Shown: positions 1-10,600 of the stretch, one piece after another
How the letters are laid out: every line of letters begins with the position of its first letter
Numbering within the stretch: position 1 is the stretch's first letter
NCBI GenBank assembly: GCA_949292105.1
Contig: CASEYK010000007.1
Span: 29,588 to 93,587 of the forward strand
DNA: 64,000 nucleotides
DNA from: an uncultured bacterium
GTDB lineage: Bacteria > Bacillota_I > Bacilli_A > RFN20 > CAG-826
Direction: 5' to 3'
The notes under the pieces: model-generated
The model's database searches: none
Seen by the model: only the letters and a program-made list of their open reading frames with translations
What the model was told of the DNA's origin: nothing
Translations under genes and position numbers: made by a program

Positions 1-78
1 ATTGTCGTTACCATGTGTCTTGCCATAGCCATTGTTTCTACAATAGTCTTGGTGAGAAAAAGAAAATTGCACAAATAA
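1..78 (+). CDS. 3' end of an upstream gene (partial): C-terminal hydrophobic helix plus basic tail, probable membrane anchor of a surface protein
   Basis: Frame 1 is open from the window edge to TAA at 76-78. It translates to IVVTMCLAIAIVSTIVLVRKRKLHK*. The same tail architecture occurs at the C-terminus of the 11790-13352 protein. Confidence 0.4.
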   Translation: MVVTMCLAIAIVSTIVLVRKRKLHK

Positions 79-96
79 ATAAATTTAATAATTAAA

Positions 97-126
97 ATAA
101 AAAGACACATAATGTGTCTTTTTTTA
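97..126. terminator. Bidirectional rho-independent terminator between convergent genes
   Basis: Stem AAAGACACA (101-109) pairs with TGTGTCTTT (113-121). It is flanked by an A-run upstream and a T-run (122-125) downstream. Confidence 0.65.
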
Positions 127-133
127 TACAATT

Positions 134-2638
134 TTAATCAACAATATTAATAACAATGTTGTCTTTAAAGTCATTTATATTGAATGAACTACTTATTATA
201 TTTCCATTGACTTTAATTATTCTTTTTTGTGAGTGTTTGTTGTTGTAAACAATTTTTAAATGTTTATTTCTTATAGTTAGTTGTAGCGTTGAATTATTTG
301 AAGGAAAATAATTAGATGGTTCAACTGATATTACCCCGTTAAGTGATACTTTCAAGCCAAATAAATCAAAAACAAAAGTTTTAATAAGAGTATTAGAACT
401 TCCTGTATACCAGTCAGACATAGATTCTCCATCTACACCAATATCAGGATTATAGATGTAAGAATTTGGCATAACAAATGGGGAAGTTGAGATTAAATTA
501 TGAGTGATTGGAATTAATTTAAAAATTTGATCAAAGGCTCTTTTTCCTTCCTTTAATACAAAGAGCGATTTTACGCCAAAGATTGCACTATGTATATAGG
601 TAGCAGCGTTTTCAGCCGTTCCTTTTGGAAGATTAACAATTCTACCAACTTGTTTGGCATCACGATCAAAATATACATCGAATGTTTTTAAACCATATTT
701 TGAGTCTAAACAATCGTATGCTTGCAAAATATACTTTTTTATTTCCGGTTTAGATTTATAAATATTTGATATAACATAAAAAGCATTTGATGTTAATGAA
801 TGTCTGCTTTTCTGATCAACATCATTAAAACTACCGACATAAAAGGATTTATTATCTCCCCATCCATGGACAATTCTTAACTCATTATTTTGCCTTTGAA
901 TGCAATTTGCATTGGCATTTTCTAACAAGCGCTGAGCGATTTGAGAATAGTAGTTAATTAATTCCTTATCACCATTATGAAACTCAACAATGTCTTCCAT
1001 TTCTTTTAAGTTTTTATATAAATGAAATGTCGCCATGCTAGATACACCGTTTCCAAATTTATTGGTATTTTTTGTTGTGTTTGTTCCTAGCCCATCGATT
1101 GCATCGTTCCAATCACCATATAAAGTTTTCAAACAGCCTGTGCATTCATCAATATTCGAAATTAAATAACTCATAATTCGTTTAAGATGCATGTACACCG
1201 AATCTCTTTCGCTGAGTATTTTGCCAGATCTTGCACCTTGCAGTTGGCAATATGTACATTCATCATTTAAAAAGTTACAATCACCACTAAAAGCCAAATA
1301 TGTATGAATTGTTGAAATGATCCACTGTCCTTGATCGATAAACTCTCGATTATCCATTAATGGATCTTCTTCACCATTTGGAATCGAATACTGTCTTGGG
1401 CATCTGCCTGATGGATCAACAAAATTTAATGTTTGGATAAGAATTCTTCTTGCACTTTCTAAATCCCACATTAAAGAAGCTTCAACCATTTGGCAAACAT
1501 CTCTTATTCCAAGCAACATTAAAGATGAATTTTTAGCATTAGCGCCATAATCGATTTGCCTTACTACACACTTAAGAAAGCGGTTAAATAATTCGTTGTT
1601 CAATTTATAATCATTAAGTTTCCCAAATTCTATTTGAAAATTTGAAATATTGTGCAATTTTTGGTTTAATTTTGCAAAAACCTTATCATTTTCTCCATAA
1701 TCAAATGTTGATTTTTCAAATTGTTTGCTATTAGATTCTTGATATTCGATGCGAATTTTATAATCAACTTGTAAAAAATGTTGTGGTTTTACAACATCTC
1801 TTACTACATCTGAGTATGCTGAAGTTTCAGAAAATAGAGTAACTGGTTTACAAATACCAAGTTGTCCGATTTTTAATGCCGGCGAACAACTAATTGAACT
1901 ATTTTTTCCACCAGCAAACTCACTTCTTGATGATGTTGATGATATATAGGTGTTTTTGCTGCTGCAGCATCTTTTTACGACTGCATAGTTAGTTAGATGG
2001 ATATGTCTTGAAACATCTTCAACTCCTAAAAATTTGCAGCCATCCTTTGTCAATTCGCATTTTTTAAACCACTTACTTTCATCACTATCTGAAGCATTAT
2101 GTTCCATGATAGGATTCATGAAAGTTGATAAATAAAGTTCTTTGTCCGAACTTGTATTATTTATCGCAAAAGTGCTGATTAATATATTTTTGTTTTCGTC
2201 GATGCAAAGTTTTGCCACAAAAACTATTCCAGAATATTCTTTAATATAATAGACATATCTCTCGCCAAAAACACAATAACTATTATGTTTGTTACCTTTA
2301 GATAAAACTCCAGTTATTGATGTAAAAGCGAAATTATTCGTTGCTTTATTTTTAACACCACCAAAAAAAGCAAGCCGCGGCTCTCTTCCTTCTAATGTAG
2401 GTGGGATGAAAAAGAACGAAGATTCATTAATCGAAATATATCCTGAACTATATGCCCATAGAGTTAGCCCATCAACCGAATAAGGATGTCTGCTGTCACC
2501 GTCATTTCTAGGCTTTGCACAAATCAAATCATTATCCAAAAAATAACAATTGCCAGGCAATGTTCTTGAAGATGGTTTGGTTTTTTCGATGCGATGAATC
2601 TGCTTTAGTAGATTTAATATTTCATCTATTTGCGTCAT
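134..2638 (-). CDS. Cytoplasmic GH94-like (alpha/alpha)6-barrel glycoside phosphorylase/hydrolase (family uncertain)
   Basis: 834-aa ORF with no signal peptide. The motif LYGDWNDAIDG resembles the catalytic-Asp region (DWND) of GH94-type phosphorylases. ATGA start/stop overlap with the upstream binding-protein gene. Confidence 0.55.
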   Translation of the reverse strand: MTQIDEILNLLKQIHRIEKTKPSSRTLPGNCYFLDNDLICAKPRNDGDSRHPYSVDGLTLWAYSSGYISINESSFFFIPPTLEGREPRLAFFGGVKNKATNNFAFTSITGVLSKGNKHNSYCVFGERYVYYIKEYSGIVFVAKLCIDENKNILISTFAINNTSSDKELYLSTFMNPIMEHNASDSDESKWFKKCELTKDGCKFLGVEDVSRHIHLTNYAVVKRCCSSKNTYISSTSSRSEFAGGKNSSISCSPALKIGQLGICKPVTLFSETSAYSDVVRDVVKPQHFLQVDYKIRIEYQESNSKQFEKSTFDYGENDKVFAKLNQKLHNISNFQIEFGKLNDYKLNNELFNRFLKCVVRQIDYGANAKNSSLMLLGIRDVCQMVEASLMWDLESARRILIQTLNFVDPSGRCPRQYSIPNGEEDPLMDNREFIDQGQWIISTIHTYLAFSGDCNFLNDECTYCQLQGARSGKILSERDSVYMHLKRIMSYLISNIDECTGCLKTLYGDWNDAIDGLGTNTTKNTNKFGNGVSSMATFHLYKNLKEMEDIVEFHNGDKELINYYSQIAQRLLENANANCIQRQNNELRIVHGWGDNKSFYVGSFNDVDQKSRHSLTSNAFYVISNIYKSKPEIKKYILQAYDCLDSKYGLKTFDVYFDRDAKQVGRIVNLPKGTAENAATYIHSAIFGVKSLFVLKEGKRAFDQIFKLIPITHNLISTSPFVMPNSYIYNPDIGVDGESMSDWYTGSSNTLIKTFVFDLFGLKVSLNGVISVEPSNYFPSNNSTLQLTIRNKHLKIVYNNKHSQKRIIKVNGNIISSSFNINDFKDNIVINIVD

Positions 2639-4092
2639 AAATCTATGCCTGCTTGTTTTTTCCAGCTATCCCATTGCCTTGCTGTTTCGCTTGCAATTGT
2701 TTGAAATGATAGTTCGACATTGGATGTTTGTGACAATATACCATTAAATGGTCTCATTGCCGAAGTACCCCAAATATCAATAATATTATTTAAGTACATC
2801 AAACTATTCGAAAAATTCGTAAATGTCGAATCTATTTCATTTTTATATTCAATTAATGAGTCAACGAACGAATTTGGAGCAATATAGTCAGTTGTGTCCC
2901 ATTTATATGCTAATAATCCATTAGCGTTCGTTGTAAAGTTTTCACAACCCCAATCTGAAACTAATACTTTAATAAATGATTTGGCCAATTCTGCCTTTTC
3001 AGTTGAAGCAGGAATTGCGATATATTGATCTTCACCGACTATGTAAGAAATGTCTGGTTCTACTGCATTCGGAGCAGTAGGGGTTTTCATTATTTTTAAA
3101 TCAAAAGATTCGGGAAGAGTATTATTTGTTAAATATCGAATTATTTCGTTGTAGCACCATTCCCCATTAAACATCATTGCACAATAACCATTTAAAAAAT
3201 CTTGCTGTGCCTGATGATTGGTTTTTGAAAGAGAGCCTTCAACATAGTTTGAAGCGTCTGAAAAAATGTTATCCCATAAGTAAACAGCTTCTTTTAATTT
3301 TGAATAAGCACTTCCTTCAATAGAAGCATCAAAAACTGTATATGTTTCATATTTTAAAAACTCTTGAATTGCTTCTTTTCCAGCTAGTTGACCCCACCAT
3401 GTCAAAACAGCATAGTCAAAGTAGTCAGTATTCTTACCAGTATAAACAAATGGTTTGACAGTTGCCGAAATATCCCCATCGACGGGTACTCTATCTTCTT
3501 TTATTTTTTCAATCAAACCTGTCAATTCTTCATATGTTTCTGGAACACCGGTTGTATTTGTCGGATATTCCGTTTTTAGCCATGTATCCCATCCATTTTC
3601 TCTAAACATTTGTGCGTTGTAATAAATACCTCCGACGCCAGCGGTCCAAGGCAAGCGGTAAGTATGTGTTTCACCTTTTGTATTTGTGTAATAAATTGAA
3701 TTAGCATACTCATCATTAACTTTGTCTTTTATTTTTATTCCATCAACCTCTTCTTCTATTAAGTCATCAAGTGATAAAAATGCACCTTTAGCGGCGTATG
3801 TTTTCCAATCGGCACCAACGCTGATATATAAATCATCAGTGTTATTGCTTGAAGCCATATTTCGACTAATTAAACTAGCCGCATCTTCAGAAGCTGTTAA
3901 ATTCACTTTGTAGTCAGGATTTTCGCTTTCCCACTTAGCCACAGCATTTTTAATCCAAGTATCACCATACCCCAAATTAAGACAAATGATATTTAATGTT
4001 GTTAAATCATTCGCTTTTTTGCCACAGCCACTAAGCGCTAGGCTACTTAAAACTAAAATTGGGGTAATAAGACTTAATAATCCTCTTTTCAT
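2635..4092 (-). CDS. ABC transporter sugar-binding lipoprotein (family-1 solute-binding protein)
   Basis: 485 aa with a signal peptide and lipobox LALSGC. Size and composition are typical of carbohydrate SBPs. AGGAG RBS upstream of ATG 4092. Confidence 0.85.
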   Translation of the reverse strand: MKRGLLSLITPILVLSSLALSGCGKKANDLTTLNIICLNLGYGDTWIKNAVAKWESENPDYKVNLTASEDAASLISRNMASSNNTDDLYISVGADWKTYAAKGAFLSLDDLIEEEVDGIKIKDKVNDEYANSIYYTNTKGETHTYRLPWTAGVGGIYYNAQMFRENGWDTWLKTEYPTNTTGVPETYEELTGLIEKIKEDRVPVDGDISATVKPFVYTGKNTDYFDYAVLTWWGQLAGKEAIQEFLKYETYTVFDASIEGSAYSKLKEAVYLWDNIFSDASNYVEGSLSKTNHQAQQDFLNGYCAMMFNGEWCYNEIIRYLTNNTLPESFDLKIMKTPTAPNAVEPDISYIVGEDQYIAIPASTEKAELAKSFIKVLVSDWGCENFTTNANGLLAYKWDTTDYIAPNSFVDSLIEYKNEIDSTFTNFSNSLMYLNNIIDIWGTSAMRPFNGILSQTSNVELSFQTIASETARQWDSWKKQAGIDL

Positions 4093-4267
4093 TTCTAAAA
4101 TCTCCTTTTTTCAGTTTATGAAATAATTCACTAATATCATTATAATATAATTAAATTTGAAAACAATACGAAAATATAACCATATATTACAGCAATTTTT
4201 TAATTAAACTAAAAAAACGCTTTATTTTCAGCAAAATCTTATATAATTATATTGTGGGTGCAATTTT

Positions 4268-5698
4268 ATGACTAGTAAATTTAAAATCTTAAATGTTTTG
4301 TTTATTTGTTCTTTAAATTTATTTATTGTTGGTTGTCAAAATACGGACTCCTCATCTAGCAATGATGAAAATATTTTAGCTGGCAATCAACTGTCATTAC
4401 TACCAAATGTGCAATTTGATAATTCTAAACTCTTTTTCGATGATTTTACTAATGGTGTCGACTATGACAATTGGATTATTGGAAATGGCGCGTGGGGCAG
4501 TGGTAATGGTGGAGTAATACCGGAAAACGTCTTTTATACAGATGATGGTATATTGCTCTTGAGAGGAAATGGGTCTTATTATGCTAAAGGCGAAGTTAAA
4601 GGCGTTGGCACATTAAAAGACGGGCGAAATACAGGTGCTGCTTTAATTTCAAAATTTGTCACTGGGCCTGGTAGATATGAAATTAAGATGAAACCGCTCG
4701 GGCGCCTAGGCGCATGTACCGCATTTTGGACATACAATAACCAAACTAATGAAGGCTCAGAAAACGACAATCACGAAATCGATATCGAGTTACCTGGCGG
4801 AAAAAGCGACGGCATCATCTCTTTTAAAAATGTTTTAAATACTAATTACATAACTGAAACATTTGCGACGTCGCAAGATGTTAACTATTCATCTCTTGTA
4901 GAAGAAGAAACATATTTCAATGATGGTGAATTTCATGTTTTTGGTTTTGATTGGTATACAAATCCGGAAATGATTGTTTATCATTGCGATGGTATTGTGA
5001 CAGCTGTGAGCGATGTTTTTATTCCAAATTTGCAATCGCGTTTATGGCTTGGGGTTTGGTTTCCAAATAATGCAGGTTTCGTTGGCGAATCATTGTTTGA
5101 AACAGACTATATGGAAGTAGACTGGGTAAAATATTTGCCTTTTGATGAGACACAAACATATGTCGAATCTGATCCAGGGATTTCAGTCAGCAGCGCTCTA
5201 TCCAATCAATATCCTTCTTCGCCATCAACTTATCCAAAAATCAATCTTGTTTCGAATGGTGATTTTGAATATTTATCAGATCATGATTCAAATGGATATG
5301 GATGGAATTTTTCTCGATTAAATACAGAAACTCAAGAAATCAATCAAGTCTGTTATCCAACCAGTAATGGTGGTTATCAAGACTCTTATGGAGTAACCAT
5401 CAAAGATGGAGGATATTTATACACGAATATTGATTCTGTTTATGAAGGGTATGAATATACATTAAGTTTCAAAGCAAAATCAACTGGTAGCGACTCTAAT
5501 GTTGTTCTTAATTTTTTAAATTCTTATTCTTCTAGAGCGATTGAATATGAAACAATCGGCATTGAAGGAGATGAATGGAAAACATACGAAATTAGTGTTA
5601 CTGCTCCTTATGATTCTTATTCGATAAGACTCGAATTTTATAATAAACAAAGTCAATCAACTATGCAGATTGATAATGTGGAACTCATTAGGAAATAA
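4268..5698 (+). CDS. GH16 endo-beta-1,3(-1,4)-glucanase-like lipoprotein with a C-terminal carbohydrate-binding-like domain
   Basis: Lipobox FIVGC. GH16 catalytic motif EIDIE (NHEIDIELPG). TAFWTY and FHVFGFDWYTNPEMIVYHCDG resemble Bacillus lichenase blocks. The C-terminal roughly 150 aa (NGDFEY...IDNVELI) look like a CBM beta-sandwich. Confidence 0.85.
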   Translation: MTSKFKILNVLFICSLNLFIVGCQNTDSSSSNDENILAGNQLSLLPNVQFDNSKLFFDDFTNGVDYDNWIIGNGAWGSGNGGVIPENVFYTDDGILLLRGNGSYYAKGEVKGVGTLKDGRNTGAALISKFVTGPGRYEIKMKPLGRLGACTAFWTYNNQTNEGSENDNHEIDIELPGGKSDGIISFKNVLNTNYITETFATSQDVNYSSLVEEETYFNDGEFHVFGFDWYTNPEMIVYHCDGIVTAVSDVFIPNLQSRLWLGVWFPNNAGFVGESLFETDYMEVDWVKYLPFDETQTYVESDPGISVSSALSNQYPSSPSTYPKINLVSNGDFEYLSDHDSNGYGWNFSRLNTETQEINQVCYPTSNGGYQDSYGVTIKDGGYLYTNIDSVYEGYEYTLSFKAKSTGSDSNVVLNFLNSYSSRAIEYETIGIEGDEWKTYEISVTAPYDSYSIRLEFYNKQSQSTMQIDNVELIRK

Positions 5699-5700
5699 AT

Positions 5701-6714
5701 ATGAATGACATAGATGTGAACACAAACTTAGAAGAAGATAAAACAAATCTAAATGCTCGAGCGAATGCTTTCAACAAGCATCCTCAAAAGCATTTAAGTC
5801 GCAAAACGAGAGACTATATTTTTGTTATTATCATGCTTTTTTATCCGATTTTACAGTTTGTCATAACTTGGTCCTTTGTCAATATCAATTCGCTAATGCA
5901 CGCTTTTCAATATGGAAGAATTGATGGTACATATGAATGGGCTGGGTTTGATCAATTTGCTATTATTTTTGACGATTTATTTAATTCAAAATTGAATACT
6001 ACAGGTGTAAGTTGGCTCAATAATACATCAGTTATTTTACTTAATTCGATTGGCTTTGCTTTCATTACAATTTTTATCTCGCTACCTTTATCGTTGCTAT
6101 TTTCATATTTTTTATCCAAAAAAATGCCCCTAGCCAATGTGTTTAGAGCCATTTTCTTTTTGCCAAATATTATTCCCGTTGTAGCTTTGGCGTTTGCCTT
6201 TGCAATGGGATTTGATTCAACCTACGGATATCTATATGATTTTATGCGCTGGCTAGGCTTTTCTGATAAATTTTTTGGTGTTTGGCCAACTTCTCAAATC
6301 ATGGTTTATATTTACTGTATTTGGGCTGGGCTTGGATATAATGTCATTTTGCTTTCTGGCGCTATTGGCAGAATCCCCAAAGAATTATTTGAATCAGCTA
6401 AATTAGATCACGCTGGATATTTTAAAGAGTTTTTTCATGTCGTTATACCATGTATTTGGCCAACCATTGTTACCCTCGTCATTCTAGGAATGACAAACGT
6501 TCTAACCTTATATTTACAGCCTCTCCTATTAACTAATGGCGAGGGCAACACTTATACTATCTCTCTTGACATTTTCTTAGCTACAGCATCTTATTCTCCA
6601 GCTCAATATTGTTCTGCGGCCGCCAAAGGATTGCTTTGTTCTGCCATCTGGGCACCTGTAATTATGCTCGTTCGACATTTCATGTCAAAAAAATATCAAG
6701 GAGTTGATTATTGA
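5701..6714 (+). CDS. Sugar ABC transporter permease (MalF/UgpA-like)
   Basis: 337 aa with multiple TM helices. EAA-loop-like ESAKLDHAGYFKEFFHVVIP. Confidence 0.85.
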   Translation: MNDIDVNTNLEEDKTNLNARANAFNKHPQKHLSRKTRDYIFVIIMLFYPILQFVITWSFVNINSLMHAFQYGRIDGTYEWAGFDQFAIIFDDLFNSKLNTTGVSWLNNTSVILLNSIGFAFITIFISLPLSLLFSYFLSKKMPLANVFRAIFFLPNIIPVVALAFAFAMGFDSTYGYLYDFMRWLGFSDKFFGVWPTSQIMVYIYCIWAGLGYNVILLSGAIGRIPKELFESAKLDHAGYFKEFFHVVIPCIWPTIVTLVILGMTNVLTLYLQPLLLTNGEGNTYTISLDIFLATASYSPAQYCSAAAKGLLCSAIWAPVIMLVRHFMSKKYQGVDY

Positions 6715-6715
6715 T

Positions 6716-7609
6716 ATGGAAAATTTAGATTTAGCGTACAAGGGATTACCGAAACATAAAAAAAGAGACATAGGATACCATTTTGGTAAATGGTTTGTTT
6801 TTGGACTTTTTGTCATTTATGCCGTTACGCTTTTATTTCCATTTTTATGGATGTTAATTAATTCTTTCAAAACTGGCGAAGAATTTATGACTGGCAATAT
6901 TTTTGGATTTCCAAAACAATGGTATGGATTGAATTTTATTGAAATTCTTAACTATGAAGTTGAAGGACAAACAGTTTGGTCCATGATTTTAATGTCTTTA
7001 ATTACAACAACTATCGGCACTGTTGTTAATGTCTTTTTATCTGCTTGCGCTGCGTACTGCATCGCCAAATATAAATTTCCTGGTCGAAATATTATTTATG
7101 GTATTGCAATTTTTACTATGATTGTGCCAATTGTTGGCACTTTACCTTCTCAAGTCGTCATGATGGAGACATTCGGAATCAATGATTCATTGCTAGGTAT
7201 TATTTTTCTTTATTCTGGTTGTTTTGGCTTTAATTTTATTTTGCTTTATTCTGCTTTTTCAAGTATTTCAGATAGTTATATCGAAGCTGCATCTATTGAT
7301 TGTGCTGGCCGGTTTAAAACATTTTTCTGTGTTATGCTCCCGATGGCTAAAGGACCAATTGTGGCGTGTTGTATTTTACAAGCTATTACATATTGGAATG
7401 ATTATTCAACCCCTTATCTTTTTATGCCATCACACATGACATTAGCGGTAGGACTTCAAAAATTGCAAAGCGAATTAGGGGGTTCAACAGGTAATTATCC
7501 AATGGTATTTGCTTCAATGTTAATTGCTATTTTTCCAATCCTAATTCTTTATCTTTGTTTTCAAAAAAGAATTATTGAAAGTACTAATGCTGGAGGGCTG
7601 AAAGGATGA
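6716..7609 (+). CDS. Sugar ABC transporter permease (MalG/UgpE-like)
   Basis: EAA loop EAASIDCAGRFKTFFCVMLP. I prefer ATG 6716 to the track's TTG 6704, which directly abuts the AAGGAG at 6698-6703. Confidence 0.85.
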   Translation: MENLDLAYKGLPKHKKRDIGYHFGKWFVFGLFVIYAVTLLFPFLWMLINSFKTGEEFMTGNIFGFPKQWYGLNFIEILNYEVEGQTVWSMILMSLITTTIGTVVNVFLSACAAYCIAKYKFPGRNIIYGIAIFTMIVPIVGTLPSQVVMMETFGINDSLLGIIFLYSGCFGFNFILLYSAFSSISDSYIEAASIDCAGRFKTFFCVMLPMAKGPIVACCILQAITYWNDYSTPYLFMPSHMTLAVGLQKLQSELGGSTGNYPMVFASMLIAIFPILILYLCFQKRIIESTNAGGLKG

Positions 7610-10600
7610 TTAAAAAAGGTTTTTTGGTCGTATTTTGTGCGACAATACTCGCTTTTTCTTCAAGTAGTTGTTCTTCTTCTAATAAAGAAAAAACATTAAC
7701 TTTTGCTCAAAACGAATATACTATTCAAACTGGCGAAACGATTACTATCAAAGAAGATTACAAAGGTGTCAAGTATCATTTTGGAGGAAATAGCATCCCT
7801 GCCGGTTTATCTCTTAATTCGGATACTGGTTTAATAACCTTCGATGAGACTATTGATAATTACACGCAAGTCTTGTACTACGCTACACTAGACGACATTC
7901 AATCTAATTTTGTTGTTATTACTTTAGCAAAAGAATATGAACAATCTGTTTTGCAATTTGTTAATCCAATTGATTATATTAGCGATGGCGATTATATTTT
8001 AGCGACTAATTCAAACGGCTTTTCGATTAGTTATGAGTTAGTTGATGAACCTCGTGGAATTTCAATCGATTCTGTAACTGGTCGAATATCATTCACTAGC
8101 GGAGCAACTAATGGTGAAACATTTACCGTTCGTGTTTCTAGCCATGGGGTTGAAACTTCTAAGACATTTATCGTAGCAACCGAACAGCTTGCGAAAGTAA
8201 CAAATGATACTCAGTCAGTAGAATTAAATGGTGAAATACCAGTTGCCTATTTTTTAGATTTTTCAGACATTACATCCGAAGAATATAGCAATGATTTTAT
8301 CGGTGTCATGTATAATAAGCAACTAGCCTCGTCCGATAGTTTTATATATGATTCAGACACACAACGCGTTACATTACTTCCAAATTATTTGTCAACATTT
8401 AATGCTGGCGAAAACGAAATAATTTTGATAACATCGCGCAATACCATTTCTGTTAAATTGTTGGTCGCAACAAAATTTATAAAAACCGCCGAAGATTTGG
8501 CTTCTATTGGTGAGAATCGCGATTCTTTGAAAGGATATTATATTCTCCTCAACGACATTGATTTAACTTCTTATTTGAGTGTTGGTGGCAAAGGATATAA
8601 CGATAATAAAGGTTGGAATCCTATTGGAGTTTATCATGATGTAACTGATGGAACAGCATTGCTTGATACTTTCCAAGGAACATTTGATGGAAACGGATAT
8701 ACAATTTCAGGATTATATATTTCTAGAAGCGATGAACTTTCTTATAATTCAGGATTGTTTGGATATGTGTCTAATCTTGGTGTTATTAAAAACTTAGGCG
8801 TAACATCTAGGGCGGGAACGGTTAATAACGTTCGTTCCTATAGTGGTGGTTTGGCTGGTTTCAATGCAGGAACGATTATGAATTGTTGGTCTGATGTTGA
8901 TTTAACCAATTATTCTGGCGAAAATATTTTTAAAATTATCGGTGGATTAGTTGGAAGAAATGAAGGCACAATCGAAAATTGTTTTGCTTATGGAACCGTG
9001 ACAGGAGATGATGCTGTTGGATCGTTAGTCGGCTATAATTCCGGTGTTATAAATTATTGCTATGCCACTAAAGAAGGTGCTGAATTATTAATTGGGCAAG
9101 GCGGAGCGGCAACTAATTCAATTCAGTTTGACACTTTAGCCGACTTGTTTAATTATGATTATTCAAATTATTTTGATTCTTTATATTGGTCTTTTGATCA
9201 ATCATCTCAGCCTACTCTTAATCATTATTTAGAGTATTATTTCTTGTTCGATATTCAGATTGCTAATTCTACCGCAACCATTACACGTGGGCAGACATTA
9301 ACGATTGAAGTTACGATTAACCCATCCAATTTACAGTCTCAATACATAGACGAGGTTAAATATTTCGTTGAAGGTGAAGGATATACAATTGATGGCAATA
9401 AGATATACACTGCTAATGCAATTGAATATGAATTTATTGTATCAATTTCGTTAGAAGTTAGTGGTGTAGTTTATTCGGATAGTGCCACATTTAAACTTTT
9501 TGATGCAGTATCTACTGTTGTTATTTCGTCTTCAACTGAAACGGTTATGGAAGCTGGCTCGTCATATAAATTAGAATGCCAAGTTGAACCATTAACAGCA
9601 AATCAAGATGTGACTTGGAAGTTATTTCCTTCTACTATCTATGGTGTTTCGATTGAACAAGATGTTTTAACAATCGACGAAGATGTTCAAGTTTCGCAAT
9701 TTGGGATCTACGCAAGCGCAAGTGGTAAATCTTCTACAATTCAAATGATTCAAATTAAGAAGTTCGAATATTTGCCACAAATTTATACTTATAATGATAC
9801 CACTTTGCCTGATACCATTAGTTTTGAATTGCCTAACAATCTTGACTTAGGAAACGTTGAAGTTTATCGATATAACAAAAAAGTAGAATTTAGTATTCAA
9901 GACAACTGTGTTGTGGTTGATTCTGAATTAATTCGACAAATACCTAACACAACATTAACTTTCACTTTCCGCCTTTCTGATGGTAATGCTTATCGAACCT
10001 ATGCTACATATTTGTCTCACTCTAATTATGATTTAAATTATGTTGCGAAAAATTATGAGTCATATATAACCTTATCATCAAAAGAAGATTTCTATAAATA
10101 CTTTAATATGAAAGATTATAACGAAAATCGATTTGTCAATTATTCTAAAACATTTGTTTTAACAAATGACATTGATTTTGGCGGTGATATTGTCTATTCA
10201 ATTGGATATTCAGATAAAGTTTTTAATGGCACAATATTTGGACAAGGATATTCAATTAAAAATCTTACCATTAATGAAAATGAACAATACTTTGTTTTAT
10301 CTTCACAAGAGCAAGAAAATAACTATCGTTCTTCTAAATATGCCGTTGGTTTCTTTGGCTCTTTTAATGGTAGCATTTATGATGTTGTTTTTGAAAATGT
10401 TACAGTCAAAGCTAATAACTGGGTTGGGACATTTGCGTGTACGATTGATACAAATGCAGTTCTAGAGAATGTAGTTTTTATTAATTGTAAATCGATGAAC
10501 GCAAATGAACTTACTTATCCATCTTCTAGTGAAGATAAAGTCGCAAAAGTAGCGCCTACTTGTTCTGGAAGGTTAATTGGCGTAATTTATGATTATAAAA

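Noticed and set aside
4241-4252. 12-bp perfect palindrome ATATAATTATAT upstream of the GH16 gene as a ROK operator
   Set aside because: It is an AT-only palindrome that contains the likely -10 box. Such sequences arise easily by chance in AT-rich intergenic DNA, and I could not recognise a NagC/XylR-like half-site.
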